The position numbers and the translations under genes are program-made. Positions 9,401-18,853 of a DNA stretch of 38,286 bases are shown here, piece by piece. This DNA is from a virus (Duplodnaviria; Caudoviricetes). A model generated the notes under the pieces. The model searched no databases, was not told the DNA's origin, and saw nothing but the letters and a program-made list of their open reading frames with translations. Where the stretch lies: positions 1 through 38,286 of the IMG/VR virus record IMGVR_UViG_3300030433_001628. One strand, written 5' to 3'. The number at the start of each line of letters is the position of its first letter. Within the stretch, counting starts at the first letter, position 1.

Positions 9401-12400
9401 GAGAATAAAAGGTATACTTCAACACGAAGTTATACACGCCTTGAGAAACTTACAGTTACTAAGTGACGATGAATTTAAAGTTCTTGCTGATGCCGCCAAG
9501 AAAAGAAAAGTAAAGATATGGAGAGAAGGTAATTTATTAGAAAGAAACTATACGTTCTTTGACAAGATAAATAGGACGTATGGCAAGAACAAAGATGTTC
9601 TTTACCCAGACATGACCAACGAGAGGTTTCAAGAGGTTCTTGAAGAAGAAGCCGTGGCTGAGATGTTCAGAGCTTACATGGACGACAAGTTGGAGATGGC
9701 AGGCAAGCCTAAGAAGCTATTAGACCGTATACTAGACTTCTTCAGAGCTATATTTAAAGCCAACCAAGACCATGACTTCACACAAGTAGACCAGATATTC
9801 GAAGATATTAAGTCTGGTGTAATAGGAAAGCAGAGAGAGCCTTTTGCTCCGCCCAAAGAGGGCGTAAGAACTATGTATTCTCTGGGTGATGATGTTTACG
9901 ATAAAGCTAGAGCTGAGAAGGTAAAAGAAAAAGACCTTGATATATACTCTTTAAATCCAAAGATAAATGCTGATAATCCTGATGTAGAATATGACTCTCC
10001 TTTAGGTTTGGTTGATGCCCAAAAAAGATCAGGCAATAACTACATAAAAACAGTTTTGATGTCGATAGAAGATGCTAAGAGATTTTTCCCAAGAAGAACA
10101 GACGATGATCGCATAAACGAGCTTGCAAAAATAATGTCTGGCGAAAACCCAGCAAAAATAGCTCCCCCACATTTGTATGTAAGCCAAAGTAGGTTTGGAG
10201 ATAAAACATTAATTACAAAGGGTCACGAAGGCGCACACAGATTAAGAGCTTTAGAAAAGCTTGGATATAAGCACATAGCTGTAGATTTACTATCTCAAGA
10301 CGGTTTCCAAACTGGTGCATCTGAAGCAAACGTTAGAGCTGATGAGCAAAGAAGAAAAGATAGAATGGTGGAAAAGGGTAACGTTCTAGCTATGGGTCAA
10401 AAATGGGGTGGCACAGAAAAATATAAAGAGAATGCCACTGCCTACATAAACGCTAACAATTATGCAACGATAGAGTACAGGAGATCATTGCAGTTTGGTG
10501 TTTACAGTAAAGCCCTTGAAGAAATAGAACTTATGAAACAAAAGAAGGGCAGAGGACCTGATATCAGAAAGTACCTCAAAGGCAGAGGTGTTAAAGATGC
10601 TGAACTAGCTTGGACAGGGTTAGACGGTATTCTTGAAAGACCAAGCGTTACAAAAGAAGACCTTTTAGAGCAGATAGGTGCTAACAGGGTTTTATTAGAT
10701 GAGGTTGTAAGGGATGAAGATGCGTCACCTCAATTTCTTAATTTTGGTTCTGGTCGTGTGATGGATATTGATGAGGCTCTTGGACCAGATTACTTTGTTA
10801 TGGACGCACAAGATATAGTAGAAAATGATCCTAATATGGCAGCAGATTCTTTTGACAATGCTGTTATAGATTTTGAATCCAGAACTCAAGCATCAATAGC
10901 TGATATTAATTTGCCAATGAGTTTAAGAACTCCAGAGGAACAAGCTGAATTTAGAAAATCAATAATAGAAAAAAATGTTCCTAACTACTTAGAGGACGGA
11001 ACAAATGCAATAGATTTGCTAACAGAAATTGTGGCAGTTTATTTAGAAAAAGCATATTTAGCAGACGACCCGATAGCTAAGTATGTCGATAGTGTCACTG
11101 ATCTTACTATAACTGGAAATGACAACTATGGTTATAGAGTATTTAGGGATGAGGATGATTCTAGGTTCTATGAAAATAGATTAAATCAGGACAGAGATGG
11201 CAAAGAACAATATCTAGGAACATTTACAGAAGCTGAGACTTTTGCTCTAGAATACGCTGAGAATATGGGTTTGCTTGGACCAGGTGATAGAGAAGTTCAA
11301 TACGAATCAAGCACATATCCTGGAGGTTTTAACTACAAAGAGCGTGTTATGCACATACCACATAACACAGAGGCTATGCGTGAGAGAAGAGGAAGTGGCT
11401 ATTCAGCAAATCATTTTGATGAAGATGACCAAATATATTTTATTTTAACAAAAGACAGATCACACCACGATGGTGGGAAGATATTAAACATAGATCAGTT
11501 TCAAAGTGACCAAGCTCAAGCTGGAAGGAAAAGAGGGTTTAGATTAGATGAAATAACAAAACGCAAACGCACAGAAAAAGCTCTTAATGAACTGCCACAA
11601 GATGAAAAAGAGCTGTTTGATATACTAAATACTTTCACAATACGGAATGATGGTGAGGGTAGCTCTATAAGAGAAAACATAATGTCTATGTTTAAGGGTA
11701 AAAAAAGAATACCATTTGGTGAGTTTTATAAATATCAAATAAGAAGAGATGGTATTGTTCGCTCCACTGAAAGCATTAGAGATGTAAAAGAAGTAGCTTC
11801 TAGGTATGGAATAAAAGAAGAATATCTTCCAGATGTAACTAAACAAGGGATTGAATCACCTGAAGTAAGGTTCGATAGCTTGACTAGTGCTGCGGAGTCA
11901 ATACTAAAGCCTATTCAAATATTTATAGAGCAAGCTATACAAGGTAACATCATGGACAGTCAGGGTAGAAAACCTATCTATGATGACACATTTCATGGAA
12001 TTAGGTCTATAAGCGATCTTAAAGATTGGATAGACCCTCAAAGTCCAAAAGGATCAAAATTACTCCCAGTTTACAATTTTAAAGAAGAAGTGGGTATTGG
12101 AAATATAAGATTATATGGCAAACCTAATTCATACTCTGAGTATATGAACAACATAGTTACAGCAAGTCAGCAGCAAAGCATTTTGTTTGGCAACACAGAC
12201 CCAAATTACCACAGCTCATATCCAACTCTTAATAAAACTCTTTTACCTCTTTATGACAAACAAATGGAAGCGACAGATAAAATTACAGAGGCTAGAGGAT
12301 CAATATCTAGTGGTTCAGTGACTAGAGGTCCTTTAATAGAAGACACTGATACTTGGGTTACTCTTGGAGCTAAAAGAGTTTTAAGTTTAGCGGTAGAAGA

Positions 12401-15400
12401 AGGTTACGATTACATAGCTGTAAACAATGGAGGGGCAGTAGAAAAAATAGTTGGTGGAGGAGAGGGCAACAAGCAGTTCTATGATACCGTAGTTCCAAGG
12501 CACTGGAATTCATTCTTTAGAAAAATAGACCCAGAATCAGTAATACAACCCCCTGCTTATTTGGTAGGAGACTCTAGTATCCCAGAACAAGAACGAAGGA
12601 GAATAAATAACCATTATAATTACACCATGACGGGTCAATTTGAGGGTAGCCCTATATTTGTGACAAATGTATTTATAAAAATTACTCCTAAATTAAGACA
12701 AAAAGCAAAAGAGGGTAACACATTATTCTCAATAGGATTTGCTGATTTACCTGCTGACGCTGTTAGAGATCAGTCTGGATCAGAAAAAAGACAACAGCTA
12801 GAACAGTTCGATAGTGATGACGAGAAAGAATCAAACATAAGAGAGCAGCAAGAAAGAATAAACAGAGCTGTAGAACAAAGAAGATTATCAATAGGATTTG
12901 ATGACGGTCCAGAAGAGCCGAAGAAAACAGATAAAACACAAGAGACTTCTTTCAGAAAGAAGATGCAGAACAACCAGCACAAAATGATGTATACGGCTTC
13001 TGCTAACTTCATAGCTGATGCACTGGCAGGCAAAGTAAAAGGTGTAAAGCTTAATCCTTTTGTTAGTGATGAAAAAGCACAAGCAATGTCAGACACATTT
13101 ATAGAGCTGTTCCAAGACAGAATGATATCTGTATCAAGAATGGTAGACGGGATACAGAAAAAAGGTCTGACGTTAGACGAGGCTATGGACCCAATACAGC
13201 AAGAAAGAATTATGCACGGAAAGGTTGGGGATAAGCTAGAGACAAACCAAGAAACAATATTCCAAGACATGATGGACACTGTTAAGAAGATAAAGATATC
13301 CGACAGTGACATGAGAGACCTTCAAAGAGTTTCTGAAGTGTCATCAGACCCTGACCAAGTTGGTTACGTTAAAACAGCATTAGACAGCCATCTTAGAAGA
13401 GGTTTCTTTAGAAAGGTTTTATATGGCAAGAAGATGGGCAACAACCTTGTGGCAGCCGAAGCATATCTATATGCCAAACACGCATCAGAGAGAAACGATT
13501 ATGTAAGAAGAATAGACCGCAACAGGATAAACGAAAACCCTGAGAGGGGTTCTGGTATGTCAGATGCAGAAGCTGACGCTATAATAAACTGGTTTGAAGG
13601 TAAAAAAAGTTACATAGAACTTTTAAGAAAGCTAGACGAGCAAGCTCAGATAGTGGTGCTTGATACAAACAAAGCAAGAATAGATGGTGGTTTACAGCCC
13701 ATATTCGAGGAAAACTCTGGCTGGAAGAAGTACATACCACTGAAAGGTGTGTTCCATGCAGAGGACGAGACTGTTGACTTCACTAACAGAAACCCATCGA
13801 GCAAGGCATTGTTCGGAGCTTCAGGAACAGAGGACGCAAGGGTAAAGGGTAGGATAGATTATGCTCCACATATTATTGCCAACCTGTTTACACAGAACGC
13901 CAACTCAAACATAAGAGCGGAGAGAAATAAGGTTGGTCTTAGTATGCTAAAGCTCCTAAGAACCTACCCCAACGAACTAAAAGAGTTCGCTGCAATACAG
14001 GACATACCTCCTGAAAGAAGGGTACTAGATGCAAGAACAGGCATACTCAGCACTAGAAAAACTACACCACAAGCTCTTTTAGATGACAAAAGATACTTAG
14101 TTCTAAAAGAAGACGGCAAAGAGGTCGTGATACGGTTTGAAAAAGAAAGCATAGCAGGAGCTTTTAGAGGAGATAATGACGTACAGATACTTCCTGACGC
14201 TGTTGTAGAGAAGGTGGGTATATTTAACAGGTTCCTATCTAACGTAAATACATCATACAACCCTGCGTTTATCATACCTAACTTCTTCAGAGACTTGGCT
14301 ACTGCTGGCGTAAACATGAATCAGTATGAAAGCGAGAAGCTATCAAGAAAAGTTATGAGAGAAGCATTGCCTTACGCCAGGGGAGTGATGCGAGCTGTTG
14401 CAAAGCAAGATTTTTTACTCAGAAAGAGAGAGATAGACACAACATCTAAAGAAGCCAAAGCATACTTCGACTTCGTAAAAGCAGGTGGTAAGAACGTAAC
14501 AAACCAGATGACCACATTGGACGACCAGATAAATGATGTAGGTAAAATTTTAGATGGAATATCAGAGGCAGGGCTCGTAGGCAATGCAAAGAAAGTAAAG
14601 CTGGGTTGGGTCGGAGAAAAAACTGGCTCTATACTAAGTTTAGTAGAAAACCTTAACACAGCCGCTGAGAACGGAGTTCGTGTTGCTACATTCAAAAACC
14701 TCATGGATACTGGCAAATACTCACCAGAACAAGCAGCCCTAGCCGCCAGAGAGATTACAGTAAACTTTGCTAGAGGTGGCAGACTAAAGAAACAGTTAAA
14801 CTCACTATACTTGTTTTACAATGCCTCCATACAGGGAACTTTTGCCTTGTTAAATGCTTTTGCAAAATCAAAGAAAGTAAGACAAGTCTGGATGGGAATA
14901 GTTGGTCTTGGGTTTATGTTAGATCAATTCAACGCAGCTATGTCTGACGAGGATGACGAGGGTAACCTAGAGTATGACAAGATTCGTGACTTTGTTCTTG
15001 AACACAACTTACTGTTTCCAAACTTTGCAGCTAAGATAGTCGGAGCAGAAGAGGACAAAACGTTTGTAACCATACCACTGCCATACGGGATTAACATGGC
15101 ATATAACTTTGGTAGAGCTTTGAGTAGAAGATTAAGAGGTGGTTACACAGCAGCTCAGACAACATCAACAACGTTATCTACAATGATAGAGACAGTTAAC
15201 CCTCTGGGAGGTACAGAAACCTTTCTAAACTGGGTTAGCCCAACTGTAACTGACCCAGTTATGAGTTTGTTGCAGAACGTTGATTACGACAATACACCCA
15301 TATACAAAGAGGTATCACAGTTTGATGTCGGAACACCAAGCAGTCAGGCATATTGGAACACAGCATCACCAACAGCTATATCTACAGCAGAGTTTCTAAA

Positions 15401-16037
15401 CTATCTGGGCTTGGGTGGACCTCTTACAAGCAAGAGTGCAGGGTACAAAGTTAGAAGCAGTATGCTAGATGTATCGCCTGATGTATTGGATTACCTCTTC
15501 GGTTACTTCACTGGTGGTGCAGGAAACTTTGTAAGAAGAAGTGCGGAACTGGGTAAAGATGTAGTAACTGGTGACTTCTTCGAATCATTTGAAGAAAGCC
15601 TGACTGGTCAGAAAGCAAGAGACCAGATAAGAGCCACCCCAATATTAAGACGATTTATATACTCAACATCAGAAAGAGAAGACACTGGTATATTCTTCAA
15701 GCGTAGGGATCAAGTTTTTGAAGCAAGAAAAGAATTAGTAAACGCTATAAAGTCTAAGGATCAAAACTACATAAACCAAGTTAAATCCGATTATTCAGAA
15801 GAGTTGAGGGTGTATGGTATAATAAGAGCTATAAACGGGAAGAGACAAAACCTTACAGCTATAAGAAATAAATTAATAAGAGCTGATAAAGAAGGTCTAA
15901 ATGATAAAGCTATAAAACAGAGAGAACTACAAATAGAGAGACTAGATAAACAAATACAAACTCTAGTCTCCCGTGGTAATAAAATTATGGAAAGAGTTAA
16001 TCTTCCGTTCTTCCAAGAACTATTACCTTCTAGATAA
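6450..16037 (+). CDS. Large polyvalent internal virion protein (zincin HExxH metallopeptidase-like domain, ParB-like module, LPD38-like C-terminus)
   Basis: 3195 aa; HEVIH at 9423-9437 with downstream EEAVAEMF; GHEGAHRLRAL at ~10221; YNPAFIIPNFFRD, ITVNFARGG and LYLFYNASIQG in the C-terminal third; N-terminal hydrophobic helices and coiled coil. Confidence 0.75.
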   Translation: MGLKIIQSPKTGRYYPVSIAGEVPTEEEKERIRNYIFNQERGLLDTNQVEEQIETVSDDIEPARGLFGAVGVGVDQMQQLYGSALQGIGEMTGIDSLADYGGRVAEENAKQIEQKSEGLTSFEEAKTGVIPFAKFAGEQVAMAGPQILGVAALSVPAFLAGAPTTLAAILGSIGVSAPMLYGGNRERQKEKLAAEGKPVVVDESAALLTTVPQVAMESALFALATKIGKLGLVFNKSKLDEGGVFTKLKSEPPSSIPAFIRKYPKTSAILGGASAGFAVEGVTEAGQQFLERFQAGLDVASEDAIDEYIESLIAGGIVGGTLGGGISTVSELSRSKEKVDSAAELEEDLAEESLQNREDIQRVKENQNQEHLKLQAEQGAVITTGLSRNDEALGSSIPDPNSITVPEEQLSEAQLNEIRRMREATQPGIYYDNVKQDDGSTRKVLRDVPITLSEIRNTLGDVEMEYIAANLGFPVSRQDIPKAGKKKFNRTQYNKVLRAINNDSRDRLSETEINDLIEKSTNISSGEFIIALRNELVRRNVVRGTQPHVYEPVTGNMTPIDKVEFEKEPKVKTGRLAKQANDLERAIQFDEINLEERDLTVNEIKLKKDIKSLQKVVKDIRKKDKYFTVKPSELAARPYMVEEITGQTTKATTAKLLKEARDKEFSLVRLTSAPVFERTPSGRIKTNNIPIINKVLGTNFTTPSVNAKPETVKAKVAEIYKRMNTVLGKPKKIDQKPTALRKRISDLQEGIKAHKRSIELNKQALKSLQTNDFLIENTKFGLKGASNVNDPVILAGNQRIAREKIERQDRIIRENARAIKGLRKVSEENLETGKDNTKQQTEIAERTQLIEAAKEEKQKLQVDVEALQKRRDNATASVQENQEQQDANAANINREVAKTKETKERYKKAMNLIESSLRKYMIKDLGLTPDKVNLVTERVIQAPRGIVRGKTDLTDDGKAVITLATEIYDPELVTDKKRVREVYQRIKGILQHEVIHALRNLQLLSDDEFKVLADAAKKRKVKIWREGNLLERNYTFFDKINRTYGKNKDVLYPDMTNERFQEVLEEEAVAEMFRAYMDDKLEMAGKPKKLLDRILDFFRAIFKANQDHDFTQVDQIFEDIKSGVIGKQREPFAPPKEGVRTMYSLGDDVYDKARAEKVKEKDLDIYSLNPKINADNPDVEYDSPLGLVDAQKRSGNNYIKTVLMSIEDAKRFFPRRTDDDRINELAKIMSGENPAKIAPPHLYVSQSRFGDKTLITKGHEGAHRLRALEKLGYKHIAVDLLSQDGFQTGASEANVRADEQRRKDRMVEKGNVLAMGQKWGGTEKYKENATAYINANNYATIEYRRSLQFGVYSKALEEIELMKQKKGRGPDIRKYLKGRGVKDAELAWTGLDGILERPSVTKEDLLEQIGANRVLLDEVVRDEDASPQFLNFGSGRVMDIDEALGPDYFVMDAQDIVENDPNMAADSFDNAVIDFESRTQASIADINLPMSLRTPEEQAEFRKSIIEKNVPNYLEDGTNAIDLLTEIVAVYLEKAYLADDPIAKYVDSVTDLTITGNDNYGYRVFRDEDDSRFYENRLNQDRDGKEQYLGTFTEAETFALEYAENMGLLGPGDREVQYESSTYPGGFNYKERVMHIPHNTEAMRERRGSGYSANHFDEDDQIYFILTKDRSHHDGGKILNIDQFQSDQAQAGRKRGFRLDEITKRKRTEKALNELPQDEKELFDILNTFTIRNDGEGSSIRENIMSMFKGKKRIPFGEFYKYQIRRDGIVRSTESIRDVKEVASRYGIKEEYLPDVTKQGIESPEVRFDSLTSAAESILKPIQIFIEQAIQGNIMDSQGRKPIYDDTFHGIRSISDLKDWIDPQSPKGSKLLPVYNFKEEVGIGNIRLYGKPNSYSEYMNNIVTASQQQSILFGNTDPNYHSSYPTLNKTLLPLYDKQMEATDKITEARGSISSGSVTRGPLIEDTDTWVTLGAKRVLSLAVEEGYDYIAVNNGGAVEKIVGGGEGNKQFYDTVVPRHWNSFFRKIDPESVIQPPAYLVGDSSIPEQERRRINNHYNYTMTGQFEGSPIFVTNVFIKITPKLRQKAKEGNTLFSIGFADLPADAVRDQSGSEKRQQLEQFDSDDEKESNIREQQERINRAVEQRRLSIGFDDGPEEPKKTDKTQETSFRKKMQNNQHKMMYTASANFIADALAGKVKGVKLNPFVSDEKAQAMSDTFIELFQDRMISVSRMVDGIQKKGLTLDEAMDPIQQERIMHGKVGDKLETNQETIFQDMMDTVKKIKISDSDMRDLQRVSEVSSDPDQVGYVKTALDSHLRRGFFRKVLYGKKMGNNLVAAEAYLYAKHASERNDYVRRIDRNRINENPERGSGMSDAEADAIINWFEGKKSYIELLRKLDEQAQIVVLDTNKARIDGGLQPIFEENSGWKKYIPLKGVFHAEDETVDFTNRNPSSKALFGASGTEDARVKGRIDYAPHIIANLFTQNANSNIRAERNKVGLSMLKLLRTYPNELKEFAAIQDIPPERRVLDARTGILSTRKTTPQALLDDKRYLVLKEDGKEVVIRFEKESIAGAFRGDNDVQILPDAVVEKVGIFNRFLSNVNTSYNPAFIIPNFFRDLATAGVNMNQYESEKLSRKVMREALPYARGVMRAVAKQDFLLRKREIDTTSKEAKAYFDFVKAGGKNVTNQMTTLDDQINDVGKILDGISEAGLVGNAKKVKLGWVGEKTGSILSLVENLNTAAENGVRVATFKNLMDTGKYSPEQAALAAREITVNFARGGRLKKQLNSLYLFYNASIQGTFALLNAFAKSKKVRQVWMGIVGLGFMLDQFNAAMSDEDDEGNLEYDKIRDFVLEHNLLFPNFAAKIVGAEEDKTFVTIPLPYGINMAYNFGRALSRRLRGGYTAAQTTSTTLSTMIETVNPLGGTETFLNWVSPTVTDPVMSLLQNVDYDNTPIYKEVSQFDVGTPSSQAYWNTASPTAISTAEFLNYLGLGGPLTSKSAGYKVRSSMLDVSPDVLDYLFGYFTGGAGNFVRRSAELGKDVVTGDFFESFEESLTGQKARDQIRATPILRRFIYSTSEREDTGIFFKRRDQVFEARKELVNAIKSKDQNYINQVKSDYSEELRVYGIIRAINGKRQNLTAIRNKLIRADKEGLNDKAIKQRELQIERLDKQIQTLVSRGNKIMERVNLPFFQELLPSR

Positions 16038-16058
16038 AGTTATATAGAACTTTTTTTA
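16036..16058. terminator. Palindrome/U-tract at the convergence of the structural and replication modules
   Basis: aaagttatatagaacttttttt spans the stops at 16037(+) and 16040(-); variant of the window-wide palindrome; AU-rich so weak as a terminator. Confidence 0.4.
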
Positions 16059-16474
16059 CTTTCCATATAATCAGATAGTATTACCTTAAATCTTTTTTGA
16101 ACGTCTTTATTTGTTTTTATTTCTCTCCTAGACGCTATACCAAGGTAATCTTTCAACGCTGTAGCACATTCTTCCTCACTTTTGACATGAGGAAAGAAAG
16201 GTTCTAAATCCCAGAACTCTGGCTCTTTGCAACACATTATGGCGCTCTTCATAAGACGTTGACCCTCAAGCTGTTCTTCACTAATAACTGGTTTATCTTC
16301 TTCGTCAATCTTAACCATAGCTACCATGTATCGACTGCCAACCCAATCTTTGTGCAGTTCTTGTGGAACATCATCAGGGTGTATACACAGCCTAAGATTA
16401 GTGCCGTTCTTGTCTTGAGACATAGAAACCTTTATGGCTTCAAATTTTAATGCAAGCTCTTTTACATCAGTCAT
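16040..16474 (-). CDS. Hypothetical phage protein
   Basis: ORF track; FEAIKVSMSQDKNG..IHPDD..GSRYMVAMV; coupled in the minus-strand operon. Confidence 0.75.
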   Translation of the reverse strand: MTDVKELALKFEAIKVSMSQDKNGTNLRLCIHPDDVPQELHKDWVGSRYMVAMVKIDEEDKPVISEEQLEGQRLMKSAIMCCKEPEFWDLEPFFPHVKSEEECATALKDYLGIASRREIKTNKDVQKRFKVILSDYMESKKSSI

Positions 16475-16712
16475 CCCATTTCTCCTCTTGTGGTGATGCC
16501 TTTACAGCAGAAACTTTTTTAACTTCGTAACCAAGATTGTTCATCTTGTCGTATCTACGCTTGGCATAAGCTTCTTCTCTTTCTCTTGCAAACTCTCTTG
16601 CCTGACGTAAATTAAAAGCTCTTACTCTTCTGGTTCTTCGATATGTAACTTCGACCAACACATCAAAGGACATTGCTTTGTTATAATTACCTTTTCTTCT
16701 TTCTAGTTTCAT
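16467..16712 (-). CDS. Hypothetical protein
   Basis: ORF track; overlaps both neighbours in the operon. Confidence 0.65.
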   Translation of the reverse strand: MKLERRKGNYNKAMSFDVLVEVTYRRTRRVRAFNLRQAREFAREREEAYAKRRYDKMNNLGYEVKKVSAVKASPQEEKWDD

Positions 16713-16971
16713 TATACTTTCTCCAATAATTTGTTGCCCATTCGATAGGGTCTATGCCTTGACCAACCCACCATTTTCTTTCGTTACCAAAATGATGTAT
16801 CTGCATATGATGCGTATGACATATAGGAACAGTCCAGTTATCCCCTACCTTTAGTGCAATCCCTCTGGGCTCTGCATACATGACATGGTGAGCTTCGCTT
16901 TCTTTTCCACAAATCAAACAAGGCTCACCTCTCACGAGAGACAAATACTTTTTGTCTCTTACATATCCCAA
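16687..16971 (-). CDS. DUF968/Ref-like Zn-binding HNH-type protein
   Basis: PCLICG..AHH..KVGDNWTVPICHTHH motif. Confidence 0.7.
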   Translation of the reverse strand: MGYVRDKKYLSLVRGEPCLICGKESEAHHVMYAEPRGIALKVGDNWTVPICHTHHMQIHHFGNERKWWVGQGIDPIEWATNYWRKYNETRKKKR

Positions 16972-17270
16972 GGGTCTTTCTCTCCACCAGAGTCTTGAGC
17001 CACCTTACGTTCTACGTTTTCTTTGGCTTGTCGATCTTGAGGAACACCTGCCTTTAGAGAAACAAAATTGTTTCCAGACTTTTGTATAGTCTTTCTCCAA
17101 CCTGCAAGCGTTATCTTCGGGAAAGGAACCCCTGCATGAAACTGGTCACTCAAGTATTCCACAACTTCTTGTGAAAGCTCTAGTGTTCCAGTAAAGTCTG
17201 GGTGCTTATCCATTTTTTTATTAACGTTATTAAAAAGTGCGCCACTTGGACCGTAATTTCTTTTTTCCAT
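16959..17270 (-). CDS. Putative single-stranded DNA-binding protein (DUF736-like)
   Basis: GALFNN..KHPDFTG..LAGW..FVSL with acidic/aromatic tail DPWDM; next to the ERF gene; second Met at 17270 has a GGAG SD. Confidence 0.65.
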   Translation of the reverse strand: MEKRNYGPSGALFNNVNKKMDKHPDFTGTLELSQEVVEYLSDQFHAGVPFPKITLAGWRKTIQKSGNNFVSLKAGVPQDRQAKENVERKVAQDSGGEKDPWDM

Positions 17271-17272
17271 AA

Positions 17273-17992
17273 TTAACTCCATTTACCATTTTTTTTAATT
17301 TTCTCTCCCTGCTCGTCAAAGGAAGCTCTAAGTTGCTTGTAGAGGTTAGGGTCTTTCTCCTCTATCAAACTAACAGCGACTTTGTTTTGTTTCCAAAATC
17401 GGTGTAATGATTCTTTGTTGTCACAATCAACAACAAAAGTTTGAAATATTTCTAGCAGTTGCTCTACTGTATTCTTCCCTGCTTTTACTTCGCCAGTGGG
17501 ACTGACAATCTTAAAGGGATGCTCAACAGTGTCAGGTGATGTAAACACTGTAACATCATCTTGTTTAGTATTTTTATTTCCCTGCACGGTAGTGGCATCG
17601 CCATCATCATCAGTCTCTGGGTCACATTCTAAGTTAAGCATAGACTGTAAAAGATACCTACGCATATAGGAAATCCCTGATCCAATGGCTTGACTCCCTT
17701 TTTTAGTATCATCAAGACAGCTAACTTTACTCTCTAACATTTCTCCAGAATTTAAATGGTGTAGTCTGCATACCAATAAATTTTCAACCCTATTATCCAC
17801 GACAATAGCATCAGTGGTAAAAGATATATGCACTCCATTATCTTCTAAAGGTTTTTTGCAGGCATTGAATACATCAAGAAGAGTAGAGTATTTGCTACCT
17901 ATATGAGGGTTCTTCCCATTCTTCTCTAGCTTTTCAAATCCTTCACCTCTGGCTTTTTCTATAGCCAAAAATATTTCTTTGTTTTCACTCAT
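17273..17992 (-). CDS. ERF-family single-strand annealing protein
   Basis: KNGKNPH..SKYSTL..QAIGSGISYMRRYLL..DDDG signature; ATG 17992 with GGAG SD (ORF track start 18004). Confidence 0.85.
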   Translation of the reverse strand: MSENKEIFLAIEKARGEGFEKLEKNGKNPHIGSKYSTLLDVFNACKKPLEDNGVHISFTTDAIVVDNRVENLLVCRLHHLNSGEMLESKVSCLDDTKKGSQAIGSGISYMRRYLLQSMLNLECDPETDDDGDATTVQGNKNTKQDDVTVFTSPDTVEHPFKIVSPTGEVKAGKNTVEQLLEIFQTFVVDCDNKESLHRFWKQNKVAVSLIEEKDPNLYKQLRASFDEQGEKIKKNGKWS

Positions 17993-18287
17993 TATGTTCT
18001 CCATACATTTTTTTAGTTCTAAAAAAGCCCTCGTACTCTGGATAGCGGTGCATAAAATATCGGGCGTACATCGCTATATACTCGTTACTAATCTTAAATG
18101 GGTCTCCATACGTCACAACACTGGTTTCCCAACGGACACGGTTTATTATCAACCAAGCTGATAAATGTTTATGCCCTCTCTTAATAGCGTGTAGTGTAAA
18201 TTTATCGAACAGCTCACAGACTTCTGGGTTCTGCTTGTGCCATTTCCACCACTTCTTTTTAAGTTCTTCATAAGGATTACTTGCCAT
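17985..18287 (-). CDS. Hypothetical phage protein
   Basis: ORF track; WHKQNP..IINRVRWET..FKISNEYIAMYARYF. Confidence 0.75.
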   Translation of the reverse strand: MASNPYEELKKKWWKWHKQNPEVCELFDKFTLHAIKRGHKHLSAWLIINRVRWETSVVTYGDPFKISNEYIAMYARYFMHRYPEYEGFFRTKKMYGEHNE

Positions 18288-18435
18288 TTTTCTTATCCTT
18301 ATGTTTGTCGTTGTTTAATTTCTTTTTTACGGCTTCAAGAGTTTCTTTTTTCCAAAACCGATTGTTGTGGATATTAGACTTTTTAATATCAAAGTTTCTG
18401 ATATCGAACAGCTTATCTAAATCATTATTTTTCAT
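18277..18435 (-). CDS. Small basic hypothetical protein (52 aa, not in ORF track)
   Basis: Hand translation MKNNDLDKLFDIRNF..KKNGK*; ATGA overlap with the upstream gene; fills the operon gap. Confidence 0.6.
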   Translation of the reverse strand: MKNNDLDKLFDIRNFDIKKSNIHNNRFWKKETLEAVKKKLNNDKHKDKKNGK

Positions 18436-18662
18436 GGCATACCTTTTGGTTTTTTAAGTGGAACTCTGACTCTAATTTCATAGTTTTTTACTTCGACACA
18501 ATTTGGTTTACGAACCCAAGGGTCGTACAGTTGTCTGAGTTCTTGAGCTATTTCAATGCAGTCTTCCTTATAGCTAAATACCAATCTATTTACTGAGTAA
18601 ACGCCATAATTGATATCAGGAAGTGTTATAAGATGAAGCACAAAATAAGACACTGGTGTCAT
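18432..18662 (-). CDS. Hypothetical protein
   Basis: ORF track; 4-nt overlaps with neighbours. Confidence 0.65.
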   Translation of the reverse strand: MTPVSYFVLHLITLPDINYGVYSVNRLVFSYKEDCIEIAQELRQLYDPWVRKPNCVEVKNYEIRVRVPLKKPKGMP

Positions 18663-18853
18663 TGTAACAAGCTCCCATAGTCAATAGTTTCTATGTAACT
18701 TTTTTTAGGAACTTTGAAGCTAATAGTAATTTGTTTTTCTTCGTCTTGAGTTTCCTCTTTAACTACAAACATTCTCCATTTTTCCAGAGGACAGTTTCTT
18801 AGCCATTCATAAAATTGGGTATCTTGCCCAAAGTCTTTCTTTCTTTCACTCAT
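18659..18853 (-). CDS. Hypothetical protein
   Basis: ORF track; FYEWLRNCP motif; overlaps neighbours. Confidence 0.65.
   Translation of the reverse strand: MSERKKDFGQDTQFYEWLRNCPLEKWRMFVVKEETQDEEKQITISFKVPKKSYIETIDYGSLLQ

Noticed and set aside
141-14716. Many minus-strand ORFs (e.g. 141..599, 871..1407, 2954..3433, 8090..8635, 12770..13312)
   Set aside because: Antisense shadows of well-supported plus-strand genes; Ser/Leu/Phe-rich, no RBS or motifs
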